Assembly: GCA_965215885.1 (NCBI GenBank)
Contig: CBDCEW010000094.1
Location: 32,001 to 96,000 of the forward strand
Reading direction: 5' to 3'
Origin: Candidatus Moanibacter sp.
Lineage (GTDB): Bacteria; Verrucomicrobiota; Verrucomicrobiia; Opitutales; UBA2987
Length of the DNA: 64,000 nt
In this document: positions 59,676 to 64,000 of the stretch, one piece after another
Numbering within the stretch: position 1 is the stretch's first letter
Layout of the letters: every line of letters begins with the position of its first letter
Program-made: the position numbers and the translations under genes
The notes under the pieces: model-generated
Databases searched by the model: none
Seen by the model: the letters and a program-made list of their open reading frames with translations, nothing else
Told to the model about the DNA's origin: nothing

Positions 59676-59717
59676 GTACAAATCTTTATGATCCGATCGG
59701 ATCATAAAGATTTGTAC
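59676..59717. promoter_or_regulatory. Perfect 42-bp palindrome with GATCCGATCGGATC core (operator candidate 2)
   Basis: GTACAAATCTTTATGATCCGA|TCGGATCATAAAGATTTGTAC. Confidence 0.55.
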
Positions 59718-59905
59718 TAATTTCTTAGGTTAAAGGTGACATCTTCTCAATTGTCTTCATGGGTAGAAACATCTGCTTAGGCATTTGCAACACCTCTTGG
59801 CAGCCGCTCATTGCGAGACCACATCTCGCCGATACTCCTCAGATGCCTGCCGGAGCGCTTCGTTCGGCGCCAGCGGATTGAGAAGGGTCTCCACGAACTC
59901 GAGTA

Positions 59906-60046
59906 CTAAGGCTGGGGCAGGTCGATGTCGATAGCGCGCAGTTCTTTGGACCAGTCCTGCCACATGTCTTCGTGGGGCGGTTCGTCCTGGGTCTGTTCCA
60001 GATCCCGTTTAAAGAAGCGGAGTTCGTCTGGAGAAATTCTATTCAT
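59906..60046 (-). pseudogene. 46-aa collapsed PhyH paralog (N- and C-termini only)
   Basis: MNRISPDELRFFKR fused to DLEQTQDEPPHEDMWQDWSKELRA; compare MNKLTQEEISFFKR...PYEDMWREWSEETR in 48100-48942. Confidence 0.75.
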
Positions 60047-60226
60047 TCGTTGACCGGTGAAAGTTAACTCCACAGTCTCAGTCGCCTTCGAAAGGACGGG
60101 GAATTTCTTATCTTATTCAAGGAATTTATCGCTTCTCGATTTCTTGAAACAATGGTGTTATGAGGCCAGTTTTCCGGGAACGGTTCAACTGTTTTCCGAC
60201 CGCTGGTCGTTTGGTCTCGGTTGTCG

Positions 60227-63200
60227 ATGGTTGATTACAAAACAGAGAGCGAAGCACCTAAGCATTCCGGTAGGGACACTGATACCGGTGGCGAAGGCTT
60301 CCGTCAGGCGCCGTCGGCTCGGCGTTTGTTCGATGAGAGCTTGGCGGGGCTATGGCTGCGCCGGTCAGCTTTCACGATCCTGACGGCGGTGCTTTTGTCT
60401 TTCTTATTGTATGCTATCTCAGCCCTTTTCAGACCCCGGCTTCGATCGACGGCTGTCGTTTATTCGGCGCGGGAAATTGCGGCGGCCGAGCGACTGCGCG
60501 ACACGAGCTTTGATGCGGTAAATCCGCCGGTGATTTACCGGGAGGTGGACTACGGAGAGGGACCTGACGCGACCTGGTGGCCCAAGGGCGAGTCGCCTAT
60601 TCTGGCCGAGCTGGTGGCGGAAGGTGAATTGCCTCCGGTAGAAGAGCGCGTGGGCCCGGAGCCGCTGGTGCTGGAGGGGGTGGACGGTATTGGCAATTAT
60701 GGCGGCACGTGGATGCGGGCGGCGACCTCGCCGGGAGATGTGGGAGTGATTGGTTGGCGCCTGGCGGGTGCTACTCTGCTGAGGTGGTCGCCCATGGGGA
60801 ACCCCGTCGTTCCCCACATCGCTAAGGGGTGGGAGGTCAGTAAAGACCAGACCGAATGGACCTTCCACCTTCGCCGGGGGATGCGCTGGTCGGACGGGCA
60901 CCCGTTTACCGCGGACGACATCGTTTACTCATGGAACTACCAGAAGTGGATCAATCCGGAAGGGCCACAGTGGATGCGCCCCGGTGGGAAGCGGGGAGAC
61001 ATTGTTAAAGTCGACGATCATACCATCCGCTTTGTTTTCTCCGTGTCGTATTCACTTCTGCTCGAACGGCTCGCCTGGCACGGCGGTATAGCCGTCCCAA
61101 AGCATTACCTCGCCAAGTATCATCCGGAGTTCGGAGACGATGCACTTATCGAGGCCACCATGAAGGCCAAGAACATCCCGACCCGGAGAGGCCTCTATGA
61201 CCAAATGGCGAACCTCTACAACCCAGAACACCCCCGACTTTGGCCGTGGATCTACCGCACCTACAAAGCGAATGCGCCTCAGTTCTTTGTGCGCAACCCC
61301 TACTACTTTGCGGTGGATCCGAAGGGCAATCAGCTTCCCTACGTGGATCGCGTCATGTTCGAAGTGAAGGGCCTGCCTCTGATCGGGAATTCGGCTTCAG
61401 GCGGGGCTCTCACGATGCAGACGCGGCACATTCGATACGAGAATTACAGCCTGCTGATGAGCGAACGGGAGCACGGGGGCTATGAAGTTTATCACTGGTA
61501 TTCCGGCGCCCGCTCGGTCTGGGCCATTTTCCCCAATTTAAATCGGAGGGTCGAACCGGGTGTGCCGGAGACCCGGTGGAAAGCTCGGCTTTTGGCGGAC
61601 AAGCGGTTTCGTCAAGCCCTCTCTCTGGCCATCGATCGACGGAAGATTATCGACGCGGATTACAATGGAGTCGGTGAACCGGCGCAGATATCGCCGGGCC
61701 GGGCCTCGAGCTTCTTTAACGAAAGGCTTCATCAGGCCTTTGTGGAGTACGAACCGGAGAGAGCCAGCGAGCTTCTCGACGAGCTCGGTCTGGATAGGCG
61801 CGATCGGGAGGGCTTCCGCACCTTTCCCGATGGCACCCGTATGCTCTGGTTTCTGGACCTCTCCTCTTTCTTCGGGGCTGGACCTGCTCAATTTGTGGTG
61901 GACGATTGGGCCGAGGTCGGGTTGCGGGTGATCTTCCGGGTTCGCTCCCGCGCTTTTTTTGGAACTTACCTGCGGTCGGGGCGGATGGATTTGATGGTGT
62001 GGTCGGGTGAGAGTGAGTTCAATCCCATGGTCGTGCCTCGAAGCTTTGTCGCGGTGGCGCGTTCCCATGGCGTCCAGGCCGACCGCTACGCGCTCTGGTA
62101 CGTGCACGACGGGATTTTCGGGAAAGAGATGCCGCCCGGAGTGGACGCCATTGAGCCCCCACTGGGCCATCCGATCCGCCGCGGATTGGAAATCCTCGAA
62201 GCGGCCTATCGTGCGCCCACTCGCGAAGAGCAACGCGATATTTTTAACGAGGCACTGGAGATCGCGGCGGAGAACCTCTGGGTGATCAACATCGCCACCC
62301 CTCCACCCCAGCTCGCCATCGTCAAAAACGGGTTTCGAAACGTCCCTCGCAACGTAATTTACGGCGCGGCCTATTATACGCCCGCCAACGGAGGGATTGA
62401 GACGTTCTATTTTGAGAAGCCTGGAGATTCACCGGCCGCGGTAGCCCAGATGAAAGAGGAACTTTTGAACATTACTCCGGTGCCCAATGCCGTCGGGAGC
62501 CAGCTCGCCCGTCTCATTCGGCTCCTTGTTTGGGGCAGTATCTTCGCTGGGCTGTTTCTCCTGGGGCGCCGCCACCCCTATATCGGGAAGCGGTTGCTGA
62601 TCCTCGCGCCGACATTGGTGATTATATCGGTTATCACGTTTGTCATTATCCAGGCGCCGCCGGGTGATTTCATTCAATCGAAGATCATCGAAGCGGAGAT
62701 GAGCGGTGACAAAGGCTCGATCGACACCGTCAAACAACTGCGGGAACTCTTTCCCCTGGATGAGCCCATCGTAGTGCAGTACGCACTGTGGTTGGGGCTG
62801 AAATGGTTCGTGAGCTTCGATTCCAAGGATACGGGACTTCTCCAGGGAAATCTCGGCCGATCCATGGAAACACGCAAAAAAGTCAACGAAATCGTCGGCG
62901 ACCGGATTCTGCTGACGTTTTTCATCGCGCTGGGTACGGTTCTATTCACCTGGGCGGTGGCGCTGCCCATCGGCATCTACTCGGCGGTACGGCAGTACTC
63001 GGTGGCAGACTACATTCTTACCATGGTCGGTTTCATCGGTATGTGCGTGCCGAATTTTCTATTGGCACTGATCCTCATGTACTTGAGCAAGGTATACCTC
63101 GGCATCAACATTACCGGCTTGTTTTCTCCCGACTACGCCGCGCGGCCCGACTGGACATGGGGCAAGGTCGGTGACCTGCTTAAGCACATTTGGCTGCCGG

Positions 63201-63604
63201 TCTTGGTGGTCGGAGTTTCGGGCACCGCTGGTATGATCCGCGTAATGCGAGGCAATCTCCTGGATGAATTGCGAAAACCATACGTGATGACCGGACGGGC
63301 AAAAGGGGTGCGGCCCCTCAGGTTGTTAATGAAGTATCCGGTGCGAATGGCTCTCAATCCCTTCATCTCAGGCATCGGCGGCATTTTCCCGCAACTGGTT
63401 TCGGGTAGCGCCATCGTCGCGATCGTGGTGAATCTGCCCACCGTCGGCCCGCTCATGCTCAGCGCCTTGATGACCGAAGATATGTACCTGGCCGGTTCCA
63501 TGTTGATGGTGCTGAGTTTGCTCGGCGTTTTCGGCACCCTCGTAAGCGATCTCTTATTGATGTGGCTGGATCCGCGTATCCGTATGGAAGGAGGGAGCCG
63601 GTGA
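60227..63604 (+). CDS. Fused ABC transporter family-5 solute-binding protein plus DppB/OppB permease
   Basis: GELPPVEER, GNYGG, WTFHLRRGMRWSDGHPFTADD, GNQLPYVD; then IIQAPPGD, GNLGRS, LLDELRKPYVMTGRAKG, LDPRIR. Confidence 0.9.
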   Translation: MVDYKTESEAPKHSGRDTDTGGEGFRQAPSARRLFDESLAGLWLRRSAFTILTAVLLSFLLYAISALFRPRLRSTAVVYSAREIAAAERLRDTSFDAVNPPVIYREVDYGEGPDATWWPKGESPILAELVAEGELPPVEERVGPEPLVLEGVDGIGNYGGTWMRAATSPGDVGVIGWRLAGATLLRWSPMGNPVVPHIAKGWEVSKDQTEWTFHLRRGMRWSDGHPFTADDIVYSWNYQKWINPEGPQWMRPGGKRGDIVKVDDHTIRFVFSVSYSLLLERLAWHGGIAVPKHYLAKYHPEFGDDALIEATMKAKNIPTRRGLYDQMANLYNPEHPRLWPWIYRTYKANAPQFFVRNPYYFAVDPKGNQLPYVDRVMFEVKGLPLIGNSASGGALTMQTRHIRYENYSLLMSEREHGGYEVYHWYSGARSVWAIFPNLNRRVEPGVPETRWKARLLADKRFRQALSLAIDRRKIIDADYNGVGEPAQISPGRASSFFNERLHQAFVEYEPERASELLDELGLDRRDREGFRTFPDGTRMLWFLDLSSFFGAGPAQFVVDDWAEVGLRVIFRVRSRAFFGTYLRSGRMDLMVWSGESEFNPMVVPRSFVAVARSHGVQADRYALWYVHDGIFGKEMPPGVDAIEPPLGHPIRRGLEILEAAYRAPTREEQRDIFNEALEIAAENLWVINIATPPPQLAIVKNGFRNVPRNVIYGAAYYTPANGGIETFYFEKPGDSPAAVAQMKEELLNITPVPNAVGSQLARLIRLLVWGSIFAGLFLLGRRHPYIGKRLLILAPTLVIISVITFVIIQAPPGDFIQSKIIEAEMSGDKGSIDTVKQLRELFPLDEPIVVQYALWLGLKWFVSFDSKDTGLLQGNLGRSMETRKKVNEIVGDRILLTFFIALGTVLFTWAVALPIGIYSAVRQYSVADYILTMVGFIGMCVPNFLLALILMYLSKVYLGINITGLFSPDYAARPDWTWGKVGDLLKHIWLPVLVVGVSGTAGMIRVMRGNLLDELRKPYVMTGRAKGVRPLRLLMKYPVRMALNPFISGIGGIFPQLVSGSAIVAIVVNLPTVGPLMLSALMTEDMYLAGSMLMVLSLLGVFGTLVSDLLLMWLDPRIRMEGGSR

Positions 63605-63619
63605 GGGGGAGAGTTGGCA

Positions 63620-63830
63620 GTGGTCAGAGGTCGAAGGTCGAATGTCCAAGGTCAGAGGTCAGAGGAAAGCGGTCGGACCATGGCTTGGCGCGCAAGGTAA
63701 ACCTCGTCGCAAACCTTGTCGTTCCCTCAAAACTTAATCGTAAGCCTCGTCGTGAGCTTAGTCGGTAGATCGACCGGAAATCGCGACAGAGCTGACGACG
63801 AAGTCGCGAACCTTGTCGTTCGAAAGTCGT
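63620..63830. repeat. Intergenic 7-bp (GGTCAGA-type) and 12-bp (AACCTTGTCG-type) iterations
   Basis: GGTCAGAGGTCGAAGGTCGAATGTCCAAGGTCAGAGGTCAGAGG; AAACCTCGTCGCAAACCTTGTCG. Confidence 0.6.
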
Positions 63831-64000
63831 AGGCTTGCTCGAATTCGTTCTCGTTTTTTCTGCCCGCTAAATACGCGAAAAGACGCCAAAGCAAGGGAAG
63901 TGGAATGGAACAGAGTTTCTGCCCGTCGTCGGTGCGCTATGCCGAGGCAGGCAAGGTTACGAGGGGAAGTAGGAGTTACTTTCCCAATCCGCGGTGTTCT

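Noticed and set aside
58909..59700. Short ORFs 59101-59439 and 59461-59691
   Set aside because: No motifs, atypical composition and overlap with palindromes; treated as intergenic

Overview
GC-rich bacterial DNA; the double-domain TonB and the fused SBP-permease suggest a Gram-negative of the PVC/Opitutae type (inference). It is a catabolic enzyme-rich accessory region, mostly on the minus strand, with no rRNA, tRNA or CRISPR detected. It carries seven PhyH-type Fe(II)/2-oxoglutarate oxygenase genes (three tandem paralogs, one frameshifted) plus a collapsed remnant. Glycan and other catabolic genes include two PcRGLX/YetA-like lyase-family proteins, two BNR/sialidase-like paralogs, GH32- and GH106-like hydrolases, an esterase, a sulfatase, an S9 peptidase, two Gfo/Idh/MocA and two TIM-barrel isomerase genes, a lactonase and a DegT aminotransferase. 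There are also two type II TA pairs (Phd-VapC, MazEF). The best candidate for an undescribed system is a translationally coupled pair of membrane proteins: an 851-aa DUF6785/OPT-like protein with a CBM-like loop and a 1753-aa protein joining a degenerate M28-like domain to a MacB/FtsX-type permease, with no ATPase nearby. Mobile DNA is abundant: an IS4 element inside one sialidase-like gene is itself interrupted by a 132-bp MITE, and there is an ISL3 remnant, a MITE family whose end coincides with TAG stop codons, several REP/REPIN families and three internally deleted gene remnants. All family calls come from motif recognition by eye, not from database searches.
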